Part shown: piece by piece, positions 1 through 10,875 of the stretch
How positions within the stretch are numbered: the stretch's first letter is position 1
Layout of the letters: the number at the start of each line of letters is the position of its first letter
NCBI GenBank assembly: GCA_002104945.1
Contig: MCFH01000025.1
Span: forward strand, 620,001 to 684,000
Origin: Piromyces finnis finn
Lineage: Eukaryota > Fungi > Neocallimastigomycota
DNA: 64,000 bases
Direction: 5' to 3'
Translations under genes and position numbers: made by a program
Notes under the pieces: model-generated
The model's database searches: none
What the model was told of the DNA's origin: nothing
The model's input: only the letters and a program-made list of their open reading frames with translations

Positions 1-2310
1 TACCATGTGGAGATTTAAGAGGATTATCAGGTTCTAATATTTCACCAGAAATTAATGTATTTTTATTACCATTTTCTAAATTTACTTGTTTATTTTGAAA
101 ATCATCATCTACAATATACAATATCAATAAAATCTTCTTTTGTATTACTTTTAGAATTACATTTAACAATAGATTGAGTTGCATCAATAGTTCTTACTGT
201 ATGAATACTTTTCTGGAAGTTTATAAATGTTTCACTATAACCATTAATATCACCACATGCCCAAATATTAATTTCAGATTCGAATATAGGAACAATAGTT
301 AAATTGTAGCAACCATTATCGGGAATATTCCATTCAAGATTTTTTGTAAATTCATATGTAACTGTTTTTGATAATGACTTGGAATAAGTTTTTTCTGCAG
401 ATATATCAATAGCTGTATCCATAGATATATCGTCTGTGTGTGAAATAGTATTTGATTTACCAAAAGAATAACTTTGAGAGGACGATGTTGTGGTTGAGGA
501 TTCGGAAGTCCAACCATTTTCTGTAGTGAAAGTATTTGTTAAAGAATTAGAAATAGTATCAGATTTTGAGTTTTCTTCAGTACTAGTTTCTGAACGACCT
601 ACAGTATATGAATCGGAATAACCATTACTAGTAGTCCAAGTATTACTAAGACCAGAAGTATCCGTATAAGTATCAGACCATTCTTTGGTTTCAGATGTAC
701 TTCCACCCCATGAACTACCACTGGTATGGGAATCACTAGTTGATCTTGTACCAGCTAAAGCAAGATTGAGTTCTTGTAAAGAATTAGCAGCGTTGAGTTC
801 TCTTTGTAATTCTCTATCTTGTCTTGCAATTTCTTCTTCAGATGCAATAGATTTTTCTGTAAGAGCATTAGCTGCTTTAGCAATTTCATTAGCCTCATAT
901 GCAGCTTTATTGGCATCTCTGACAATATCATTAGCTTCATAAGCAGCCTTATTTGCATCTTTAGCAATATCGTTAGCTTGAAATTGTGCTACAACACCTG
1001 CCACTTCACAACCAGTATTAATTGCTTCTTCAGCAATACCTACTACAGCTGTAACAGGATTAAGTTTAGTAACAAGTTTTTCTAAACCGCCGAGAAAACC
1101 TCGCTTATTCAGATCTCTTTTTTTTTGGTGTATTCTTAGCATTATTGTAATCATTAATATCCATTCTTGAGTATTCTTCTGTATGAGATACTTCTTCACT
1201 TTTTCTCCAATTACTTTCATTAGTAACAGAACCCCCATTAGATCTAGCATGTGAATGTTCTTCACTAATGGTATCATCATGAGTAGTTGTATGAGTATTA
1301 CTTGTTTCATCAGTTACAGAATGTGATTTAGAAGTTGTATATGATACAGTTCTTTCAGAAGCGTTAGATTGACTGTTAGATTCGGATTTTGAAATAGTGT
1401 TACCATTAGTAGAAGCTATAGATGCTTCTAAAATCGTATTTATATCATCAGAAAAAGAATTCGTATCACTTGAAACAATACCATAAGATTGGTGATAAGT
1501 ATTACCATTAGTATCAGAAATAGTCACTGAATCTTCAATAGTATTACTAACACGAATGCTACAAGAAATTGTTGCTCCTTTCATATTATATACTAAACCA
1601 CATTGTTCTATATTATAATTGCCATTTTTATCTTTAACTAAATTATCAAAAGTAGACTTTTTATCACCACCACCAATAGATCTTCCAACATTTGTAATAA
1701 TATTAACATCTTTATTACCAATGATTAAAGAATTATGATATGGATTATAGGCTGGATTGACACTGGTTAAAGGAATACATTTTAAAGTCTTTTCCAGATC
1801 GATTAATTTTTTGTAAAGATTATTGTAATATTCGGTAAATTCTTCTTTAGTATTTAAGTTTAAAACATTTTCATTATTATCTCTCTTGACAAAATTTTTA
1901 AATTTCTTGACTTTAGGTTCATTGAGAGAATTTCTTTTATTAATAATAACAACTTCGTCTTTATCATCATTTGAAATACTATCAGTTACATTTTCTTCTG
2001 TGGTATTTTCTTCCGAAATTTTATCTTTATCAAAGATTTCATCTTTATCAGAATTTCCAGTGTATTTAAAATAACGACCAACGTTATTAACTACAGTGTT
2101 ATTACCACACATTGAAACACCGAACCATGTAGGTCCTGCAAATTTTGCATATTCTTCAATGGTTTCGTAATACACCGTTTCATTATTAGAATCAGTATAA
2201 TAAGGATCTACCACTCGAGTAATTCCCTCGTAACCATAAAGGCAGAATTCTCTTTTTGCTAAAGAACTATTAGCAAATATTATCAAGGATAATAATAAAA
2301 ATAATTTCAT
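1..2310 (-). pseudogene. Large secreted Ser/Thr-rich protein, possibly aerolysin/ETX-MTX2-like, with a probable bulb-type lectin start at the window edge; two frameshifts
   Basis: Signal peptide MKLFLLLSLIIFANSSLA. ORFs 1105..2310 and 105..1310 join if one base is removed from the 9-T run at 1118-1126 (NTPKKRDLNKRG). A 7-bp tandem duplication TACAATA (110-116/117-123) breaks the frame again; removing it gives DFIDIVDDDFQNKQVNLENGNKNTLISGEILEPDNPLKSPHG, open to base 1. The family call is an inference from composition and motifs. Confidence 0.7.
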
Positions 2311-2468
2311 AATAAATACTTCTATTAAAAATTTTATTTGATTTATTGATTAAAAATATAAAAAATCATTTTATAAATATTTACATTTCTATTTTTATTT
2401 AATTTTTATTTTTATTTTATTATTTTTATTTTTGGTTTTTAAAAATATATTAAAAATTATATATTTTT

Positions 2469-3746
2469 TCAACGTAACACAGCATATTGGTTAAATATCT
2501 TATGAGGAGTATTGGATAAAATTAAAAAAATGGTTTTTAGATATGAAAATCTACTATAATCATCATCATAATAATAAATAATTCTATGGTTCTCATAAGA
2601 AATTTCATAAGTATTAATAATATTCTTTAATAGAGTTATAATTATAAATGAACTACATTCATTATGAATTAAAGATATAATGTAACAATAAGATATAATT
2701 ATTTTTTCCATTATTGATATTTCAATATTTAATGTTAATAAATAATTTGGATTATTTAAAATATTCTCAATTTCTTTTTTATCATTTAAATATTTTTTCA
2801 CAAAATTTAAATTTTTGATATTTTTTTTTTCAAATTTATTATTATACTTGTAATATTTAATTTTATTTTTGTTAGTATTTATAATATTTATTAAATTAAT
2901 TTTAGTTTCAAATTTAGTAAAAATGGAAGGTGAATACTCTCCATATTCTTTTATGCAAATCATATAATTATCAATATTTGGAAATTTACTATAATCTATG
3001 TTATTAACACTAACTTTGAAATTATAATTTTTATTGACATCAATATCATATCTCGTTACGAAATCATTTTCTATATATTTATTTAAGTTTATGTTGTTAT
3101 AATTTTCAAAATACATAATGATAGAATCTGAGCAAACTGTGTTAATAAAATTTTGCAATTTTTTATCCTCGCAATTTAAAATATAATTATTTGGTAAAGT
3201 AATTGAAGATAAATATTCATTTAAAATATTTAAAGGGAAATGAAGCGGCATTCTATAATATTTATTATATAAATACAATTTATTTTGATTAATTTTATTA
3301 ACACAATATTTAAATATATTTATGTCTCTACCATATTTATATAATATCTCCATAATTATTTCCAATTGACGACTAATGCTATTAATATTGAAAGTTTTAT
3401 TCAATAAATTTTCATATCTTTTATTATAAAAATGTTCAAGTATTTCAAACTTAATATCAATATCATAACCTTTTATTTTATTATTATAAAAATAATTAAA
3501 AACAATAGTAGATATGTATTTATAACCATATAGAAAAAATAAAAATAAATTGGATGTTAATTTGTGAATAATTTCAATTAAAAATTCGTTATTTTTTTCT
3601 TTTAATAATTGATCTATAAAAAATTTATTTACAATAATCAAATTTAAATGAATGTTTTCCGTTGTAGAATATGGAAATACTGTGTTATTTAATTTCGATA
3701 ATGTTAAATTTACCAATTTTTCATATTGTTCTATAGTATTTATCAT
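2469..3746 (-). CDS. Hypothetical intronless Asn/Ile/Lys-rich protein, 425 aa
   Basis: A 425-codon ORF is unlikely by chance at this AT content; no recognisable motif. Confidence 0.55.
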   Translation of the reverse strand: MINTIEQYEKLVNLTLSKLNNTVFPYSTTENIHLNLIIVNKFFIDQLLKEKNNEFLIEIIHKLTSNLFLFFLYGYKYISTIVFNYFYNNKIKGYDIDIKFEILEHFYNKRYENLLNKTFNINSISRQLEIIMEILYKYGRDINIFKYCVNKINQNKLYLYNKYYRMPLHFPLNILNEYLSSITLPNNYILNCEDKKLQNFINTVCSDSIIMYFENYNNINLNKYIENDFVTRYDIDVNKNYNFKVSVNNIDYSKFPNIDNYMICIKEYGEYSPSIFTKFETKINLINIINTNKNKIKYYKYNNKFEKKNIKNLNFVKKYLNDKKEIENILNNPNYLLTLNIEISIMEKIIISYCYIISLIHNECSSFIIITLLKNIINTYEISYENHRIIYYYDDDYSRFSYLKTIFLILSNTPHKIFNQYAVLR

Positions 3747-4338
3747 AAAAAATTGATTTGCTAATATACTTATTTCAATTACATTTACATGATTTTTAAT
3801 TTTATTGTAATGAAATAATGGTTCATATAAAATATACCATTTTTAGCTATTTTTAATAAAATTTCAGGATTACAACCGTGATTTAATTCTTGATAAAATA
3901 ATTTTGTATTTGTTTCATAAGTCATATTGTTCAATTATTTTAAACAAACAAAATATATATATAATTTTACTAACAGTTGTTAAAAATATAAATTTTAAAA
4001 TTAATTTTTAATTATTACATATAAATAATATATACTGTAAATAAATTAAGTAAAAATCTGTAAATGTGAATTAACAATTTCTTATCAAATTTTAATTAAA
4101 TTTACAGATTAAAATATTTAATTTTTTAATTAATTCAATATTTTATAGAAAATAACAATTTAAATAAATCATTTTACAATATGATAAAAAAATTATTTTT
4201 AATAAAATTTTAATTTTTAAATTTAATAAAGTAAAAAATCACACATGTAAATCTTTATTATACTATTTTATAATATAATAAATAAATGTTAAAAATGATT
4301 TTTTATAATTTTAATAAAATGTTCAAATTTTATTTAAA

Positions 4339-5505
4339 ATGAATGTAATAAAATTCATATTACTTTTTTCATTAATATTTAAAACATTCTGTAGTATTCA
4401 TAATACTGCCGCTGAAGAATTTGCCTTACTTATTTTAGCTGCAGCAGATGATGATGGTAATGTTGACAGTTTTGGACTTAATAATCTTGGCTCATTATTA
4501 GATGATATTGCTGATTCTACTGTTGTTGAAATAAACGTAAGTACTACTGGTACACCTCTTATGTTAAATATTAAAGATATAGTTCCAAATTTAAGAAATG
4601 GTCAAATTACATTTTCTGAATTACATAGATTAGCTGAAAACATATATAATGCTCATTTCCCTCAAGGACAAAATCCTATTGATATTATTAACAATTACGA
4701 TATAATTAATTATTTAACAACTCCTGTGAATAATAATGCTGGAAATAATAATGCGGGAAATAATAATAATGCTGAATCAATTAAAATGCTTGATGGCTCT
4801 ATGTCCAAGGAAATATTTTATCCACCAATTATTAATCAAAATAATCGAATTTTTAATTATATAAGAAACCATAATGTTAATCAACTTATCCATCCCAATG
4901 TAAATGCTCAAGGTAATGCTCAGCCTAATTTACAAATTCTTGCACAGAGTATTGATATTAACAATCCAAATAATCAATATACTACTTCAAGTCAAAGTCC
5001 AGCTTATGTTAATCGAGAAAGATTATTTAGAGCGATAACAGCTCAATGTATTAAATCTTATTCAACTTGTAAAGATAAATATTTCACTCAAAATCATAAT
5101 ACGAATGATATAAATTTTTATATTGTTACTAGTACAGATAATAATGGTATTACCAGACATTCTTTTATTATAGATGATAGTCTTAATCATAAATTAGCTC
5201 ATCCATTTACACTTAAAGAAACAAACAATAATAATGATATTACATACGTTGAAGATAATTCATATAGTTCTACTGAAATTACTTACAATGATATAGTTAA
5301 TAGAAATAATGGTTATCAAAAATTGTACACTCCTAATGATGTTACTCAAAATGGCATTGGTCTTATATCAAAAATTGGAACAGAAATTGATAATAATGGA
5401 CATTTATATCAACCAAATCAATATTACATTAATGATAATAAATTAAATCAAAATGCTCTTTCTGCAAGAATTGCAAGTAATACTCTGATAAATAGTAAAC
5501 GGTAA
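4339..5505 (+). CDS. Secreted hypothetical protein, 388 aa; possibly truncated by frameshifts, with coding-like sequence continuing to about 5665
   Basis: Signal peptide MNVIKFILLFSLIFKTFC. An Asn-rich frame (NGNNNGNNNNNKQNYISRINLNENVV) continues just past the stop in a shifted frame. Confidence 0.65.
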   Translation: MNVIKFILLFSLIFKTFCSIHNTAAEEFALLILAAADDDGNVDSFGLNNLGSLLDDIADSTVVEINVSTTGTPLMLNIKDIVPNLRNGQITFSELHRLAENIYNAHFPQGQNPIDIINNYDIINYLTTPVNNNAGNNNAGNNNNAESIKMLDGSMSKEIFYPPIINQNNRIFNYIRNHNVNQLIHPNVNAQGNAQPNLQILAQSIDINNPNNQYTTSSQSPAYVNRERLFRAITAQCIKSYSTCKDKYFTQNHNTNDINFYIVTSTDNNGITRHSFIIDDSLNHKLAHPFTLKETNNNNDITYVEDNSYSSTEITYNDIVNRNNGYQKLYTPNDVTQNGIGLISKIGTEIDNNGHLYQPNQYYINDNKLNQNALSARIASNTLINSKR

Positions 5506-5689
5506 TAATAATGGTAATAATAATAATAATAAACAAAATTATATTAGTCGTATTAATTTAAATGAAAATGTTGTTTGTTCAAGAAGTTCTAATAATTATA
5601 TAAGATTAGAAGATATGGTAAAACATTTTGTTCAAAATAGATTAAACATATCTCTTCAATCATGAGAATGATCCTTATCAACTGTAAAA

Positions 5690-6747
5690 ATATGGTCATT
5701 TTCAGAACTAGTAGTATGAGTATCTTTGGAATTTTTAGTAGTAGATTCGTTCATTGTATTAATTATATTGTGAGTATTTTCAAAAGATTTGAAAAATCCT
5801 TTTGTTGTACTTCCGTTAGTAGAATTTGACACAACAAGGGAATGAGCTTATTCGATAGATCTATTTTGTTCTTCTGCATATGTATCACCTTTAGTAATTG
5901 TTTCAAAGGCTGATTTATGATAAGATTGGCCATTTTTAAATTGTATCTTGAATTTCATCATTATATGAAATAGTGCATGGCATCGTTGAATCCTTATTGG
6001 AAAGCGATATGCATTCGACAAATTCGGATTTACTATCTTTTTTTACAATTCTTCATATAATTTTTTTATTACCACAGTATAAGGAATACACGTTGCTGTA
6101 ATTTTATCAAGTATTATATATGCCATCAATTTTAATTAAGGCATGAGGATATGGATTATAAGATGAATTATGTTGACTAGCTAAAGGAATACTTTTAAAA
6201 CCATTTTTAATAAAGTCTTCGTATACGTCTTTAATTTTAACTTCATATTCTTCAATTGTTCGGAAATTTAAAGATTGATATTTCATCGTCATTAGATGTA
6301 TTGGATTCTCCTTCACCCACACCTCTTTTTTCATAATTGGCATTTTCAATAATTTTATACTATTCATCAATATTATTAACCAATGTATTTTAACCACAGT
6401 AAGATATACCGAGCCAATTAAGTCCAATATATCTGGCATAATTTTCAATGTTATCAAAGTATATTATATTATTACTAGAATTAGTATTAGTATGGATCAA
6501 TTATTTTTGATCATACCACTATTAGTATAAACACAAAACTCTTTACTTGAACTACTTTCAATATTTCCAATATCTTCAATACCTTCAATATACTCTCAAT
6601 AGCTTTATTAAATTCAGTACTTTCAGTACACCTTCTGCAAATTCAATACTCTCTGATAAATTCAATACATTTAATGTCTCTAGTACAGATTTTGCATTAA
6701 TATTGGTTATATAACTAGTAATAAATAATTAATTGCTTTAATCACAT
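5690..6747 (-). pseudogene. Decayed paralog of the secreted protein at 1-2310
   Basis: Collinear fragments: KEFCVYTNSGMIK..DPY vs KREFCLYGYEGITRVVDPY; KSIPLASQHNSSYNPYPHALI vs KCIPLTSVNPAYNPYHNSLI; MPCTISYNDEIQDTI..NGQSYHKS vs ISCSIRVSNTIEDSV..NGNTYHQS. Many stops and frameshifts. Confidence 0.8.
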
Positions 6748-7039
6748 TTTAATATATTTTATTAAATTGTTTAAAAATAATAGAAAATCAGTTTATATTT
6801 ATAGAACATATTGTATATATTGTATATTTTTTAAAATAATAATAAAATTGCTTGTTACAATTATATATTCTTTTTTTTTTTTTTAAACTAGGAAGAGAAT
6901 ACACATCTTCTTGTATTTATTTATTTAATTTGTGAAATTACATTATAATAGATGATAATACATATTGATATAATAAATAATAAATAAAAATAATAATAAT
7001 ATATATAAAAATATAAAAATAAAAGAAAATAAAATAATT

Positions 7040-8480
7040 ATTTAAGTTGTATAAAAGCTCAATGAACTTTGTAATTCGTACTGGTACTGTGTGAGATTGG
7101 TCCCTACCTAATAAATTAAATGAAATAAAAAAGAAAAGTAACATCAGGTATGATAGTGTGGTGTCCACTAAACTCTCCCATGAACTCATAATGTTTTCAT
7201 TCGAGGAAATACTAACATTGAATCCTGTGTACGGAACATTAGGAATGTTCCTTTGCCATGTCGGTACGACGTCGGCGCTCTTGATTACGTTAGGCGTCTT
7301 ACCAAACCTATCAAAAAGTAGGTTCATTTAGCTACTAATGATAAGGATTGTTTTAGCAAGACCCTCTACCTATGGAACATGAGACCCCGATGAACTGTAA
7401 AGCTGTTCATTCAAATGTCTTTGTTCCGCCTTATCGATTTGTAGCTGATTATAAGCTAAAGTTCCACCAAGAAGGAACGTAAAAATATAGTTATAAATTG
7501 TTTTTCTTACTTCCATTTCAGGGAGTAAGTAAGTGATGAACTGATTATTGTATTTATTATGAAAAAGGGTAAAAAGATCGTCAAAAAAGCCAAGTGAAGA
7601 AATTCTGTATCCAGAGAATGCAGAACATTCTAAAATCCAATGAAAAAAAGATTGTTCATCCTATCCGCAACATGGACAGACACGAGGGCAGTCAGGTGTA
7701 ACTCTATTACTGGTTATAGCAATAGTGTTTTCATAACCGAATCGAATACGAATAATCTACGTAATTCCTAAATTTAAGTGAGGTTTGTTGAGACTGATAA
7801 GCATTAAGCGATTTGAATTCATAAGGAATTTTTTGTTAGCATGTCTGAGGGCTTTACTTCTATTATTTAGGCTACTATTTTCCCAATAATGTTCTCTTAT
7901 ACCTTTAGTACTTTTAATATTTATTTTCATAAGTTTCTTAGGTAGTGAACAAGATTCTTTGGCCTAAGAGTAATGAGACATGGGAGGAATAGATCGGATG
8001 AGATCTTTAATAATACAGTTTGATTTTCTCCATTTTACAAAGTATTTCACTTGTTGCTCAGCACAAATCCCTTGTAAGTGCATACAGGCTAATAAATGAA
8101 TTTCATTCAAAAACAAAATCCTTGTTATTTAGACTTTTATTGTGAAAGCTATTGACACTCCATAGAACAGCAGTATTGATAAGAAATTGGACTTTGCGAG
8201 TTCTATTTTTGTTGGAACCTAATGGAGCATAATAAGAAACTTTACTTAAAATATTGAAATGAATAATTATATTTTTTAAACCAATAGGAACATAATTGTT
8301 AATAAGAAAACTCTTAAAAGAGAATAAAGATTTTTGAACTTTTTTTGTACATATTAGACAGAATAGGAGTCAGAGAAAGATCTTCGTCGAATGGAATTCC
8401 AAGAAAAGTATAGCAAGAAATCTTTGGAATAAAGTACATGTCGATGTAAAATATTGGGTCTACATAACTAGGGGATTTAT
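7040..8480 (-). mobile_element. Ancient 5'-truncated non-LTR retrotransposon relic, a distant sister family of the LINE at 16.8-31.8 kb
   Basis: Minus-strand translation gives CYTFLGIPFDEDLSL, ILSKVSYYAPLGSNKNRT, SFISLYALTRDL, QVKYFVKWRKSNCII and CPRVCPCCG*DEQSFFHWILEC. These match the post-RT and CCHC region of the 1511-aa ORF, with stops and indels. Boundaries are approximate. Confidence 0.85.
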
Positions 8481-8870
8481 TATAGTAACAATTAATATTC
8501 TAAAGTTTAATATAATTATTATTTAAATTAATTATATTATTATTATGCCAAATATTATTCACAATTGTATTCACAATTTCCAAAAGTAAAGGACTAAAAT
8601 TAACCCTAAAATTATACACTAATAATATAAAAAATATATATATAAATATCAATTTTTTTATATATTTATTTATTAATATAATTTTTTTTTTTACAATTTT
8701 CAACTATAAAATATGGATATATATATATTTTTTTTCTTTTATAAAAAGTCACATCATTTTAATTGATGTACACTTTTTTTAAAGAAAAAAAAAATTTTTA
8801 AAATATTTATCCTTTATTATTTAGGATGGTATAGAGATAAATAATTTTAAATAAAAGGGAAGAGATATTT

Positions 8871-10337
8871 TTACATGGTCCAAATTTTGGAACAATCAGC
8901 ACTAATCTTTTTACAGGTTTCTGCATTGCTACCATTACCGGTAATCCAACACTTAAAGGCTTGACTAAGACATAAAGTGGATTTCTTGTACTTACATTGC
9001 CAATCCTTTTCAGCACAAGTAAAGTAGGATGGATCAATGATAGTAGCATCATTTTGAGCTGGGTTAGTTGGTTCTGGATTAATTTGTTCAACTGTAGTTG
9101 ATGGTTCTGGAATAAATGGATCTACTGGAGTTGGTTCGGTTATAGATGGTTCAAAGGTTGGTTCTGGAAGGATTGGTTCGTCACTTACGGTTGGTTCTTC
9201 AACCATTTCTAAAATATCAGATTCGGCTACTTGATAATCGGTATAGCCTAAACCCTTCATTAAACCGGTAAGTAATTTTGGATAGGCAACCTTTAATTGA
9301 GAACGATCAATAATAGCAAAACGTTCTCCTTCTCCTTCGAAAATACCATTATCCCATAAAACACATGGAATTCCGAGAGCTTTGGCACTCTTAATGTAGT
9401 ATTCGGCCCATTTGGCACGTTCATCTTCGTTATGACGATTCATGGCACCAAATTCACCTAAAATAACTGGAACATTATTACTAATAAAAACTTTACTAAT
9501 TTCACTCATGGTACCATCAATTTCACTACCATCATCAAAAGTAGTGACAGCACCTTCTCCATTATTTAAGGCAAAGTTGTATGGAGAATAGGCATGTACG
9601 GAAACAATGACCTTGTCATCATTTTGTGGATAGATTAAGTGTTCTGGAGCACCACCGTAGGCTCCTGCGGCGTATGGTGGAAGCATAAGGTGACGAATTG
9701 CATTATTACCACCAGTAGCACGGACGGTGGTATAGAAAAGATTATCTAATTCATTAACAAAGTCCCATCCTTCTTCATCACCACCGGTCCATTCAACGGC
9801 ATCACCAACCTTTCTTGGTTCATTCATACCTTCGAAAATTAAATGTTCATCATAATCAGCAAATTCTATAGCAATTTGTTTCCAAAGAGCTTCTAAAATT
9901 TCCTTGGCTGGTTCTAAATTATCAGCAAAGGCATAATTCCAATTTTCATGATGAATATTTAAAATTGCAAAACTACCGGTATTAAGAGCATAATCAACAA
10001 CTTCATGAACTCTTTTCATCCAAGCTTCATCAATTTTATAATCTGGTCCTTCGCCAAAGTGACCTGTCCAGGTAGTTGGAATACGGAAAATGTTAAAACC
10101 TAAGGAATGTAATTTTTGGAAAAGTTCAGGTGTAGTTCTAACATTTCCCCAACAAGTTTCAGAAGCAGTTTGATCTGCTTCATAATCTAAAGAATCTAAG
10201 CAATGAGCATCTAAGGTATTACCTAAATTCCAACCAATTTTAATTTCTTTAACAAGTTCATTGGATGGTATATCTCTCATAGCTTTTGTCGAAGCAAAAG
10301 CTAAAGCAATTAAAGCACAAGCACTGATGAATTTCAT
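8871..10337 (-). CDS. Secreted glycoside hydrolase family 5 (GH5_4-type) endoglucanase with a Pro/Thr/Glu linker and a C-terminal 6-Cys module
   Basis: Signal peptide; GWNLGNTLDA, RIPTTW, ILNIHHE, FEGMNEP (acid/base Glu) and VILGEFG (nucleophile Glu); intronless. Confidence 0.95.
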   Translation of the reverse strand: MKFISACALIALAFASTKAMRDIPSNELVKEIKIGWNLGNTLDAHCLDSLDYEADQTASETCWGNVRTTPELFQKLHSLGFNIFRIPTTWTGHFGEGPDYKIDEAWMKRVHEVVDYALNTGSFAILNIHHENWNYAFADNLEPAKEILEALWKQIAIEFADYDEHLIFEGMNEPRKVGDAVEWTGGDEEGWDFVNELDNLFYTTVRATGGNNAIRHLMLPPYAAGAYGGAPEHLIYPQNDDKVIVSVHAYSPYNFALNNGEGAVTTFDDGSEIDGTMSEISKVFISNNVPVILGEFGAMNRHNEDERAKWAEYYIKSAKALGIPCVLWDNGIFEGEGERFAIIDRSQLKVAYPKLLTGLMKGLGYTDYQVAESDILEMVEEPTVSDEPILPEPTFEPSITEPTPVDPFIPEPSTTVEQINPEPTNPAQNDATIIDPSYFTCAEKDWQCKYKKSTLCLSQAFKCWITGNGSNAETCKKISADCSKIWTM

Positions 10338-10844
10338 TTTTTTTTTTAAATGGTATAATTTTATAAATAAAATATTTATATTTATAATAGTTTTTTTTAA
10401 AAGAAAATTTTTTTTGATGTATTTATATTTTTTTTTCTTCTTCTTTAGAGAGCGAGTTATTATATAAAATAACCTATAATATTAAATATAATAATAATAA
10501 TAATAATAATAATTAAAAATAGTAATCCAAAATTGAATTTAGATATTTTTTTTATTATTATCCATATTAAATAAAAAGAAAAAAAATTAAGAAATTAACT
10601 TTTTTACTTTCTTTGTAATACCAATATAATTCTAAACTATTCAATAATTTTTAATCTTTTAATTATTTTAATCTTAATTTTACTAGAAAAAGGACAAATA
10701 ATACAATAGATTAAAATTCGAATTATAAATATAAAAAAAAAATAATAAAAATTAAAAAAGATATTAATTTTCTATTTTTAATATTAAAATATTAAAATTA
10801 ATTTTTAAACGAGAAAGAAAAAGTTGAAATTATGAAATTGTCAA

Positions 10845-10875
<31 letters not shown>

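Noticed and set aside
6938-7327. 129-aa ORF as a host gene
   Set aside because: It is the tail and 3' UTR of the decayed LINE running into AT-rich flank.
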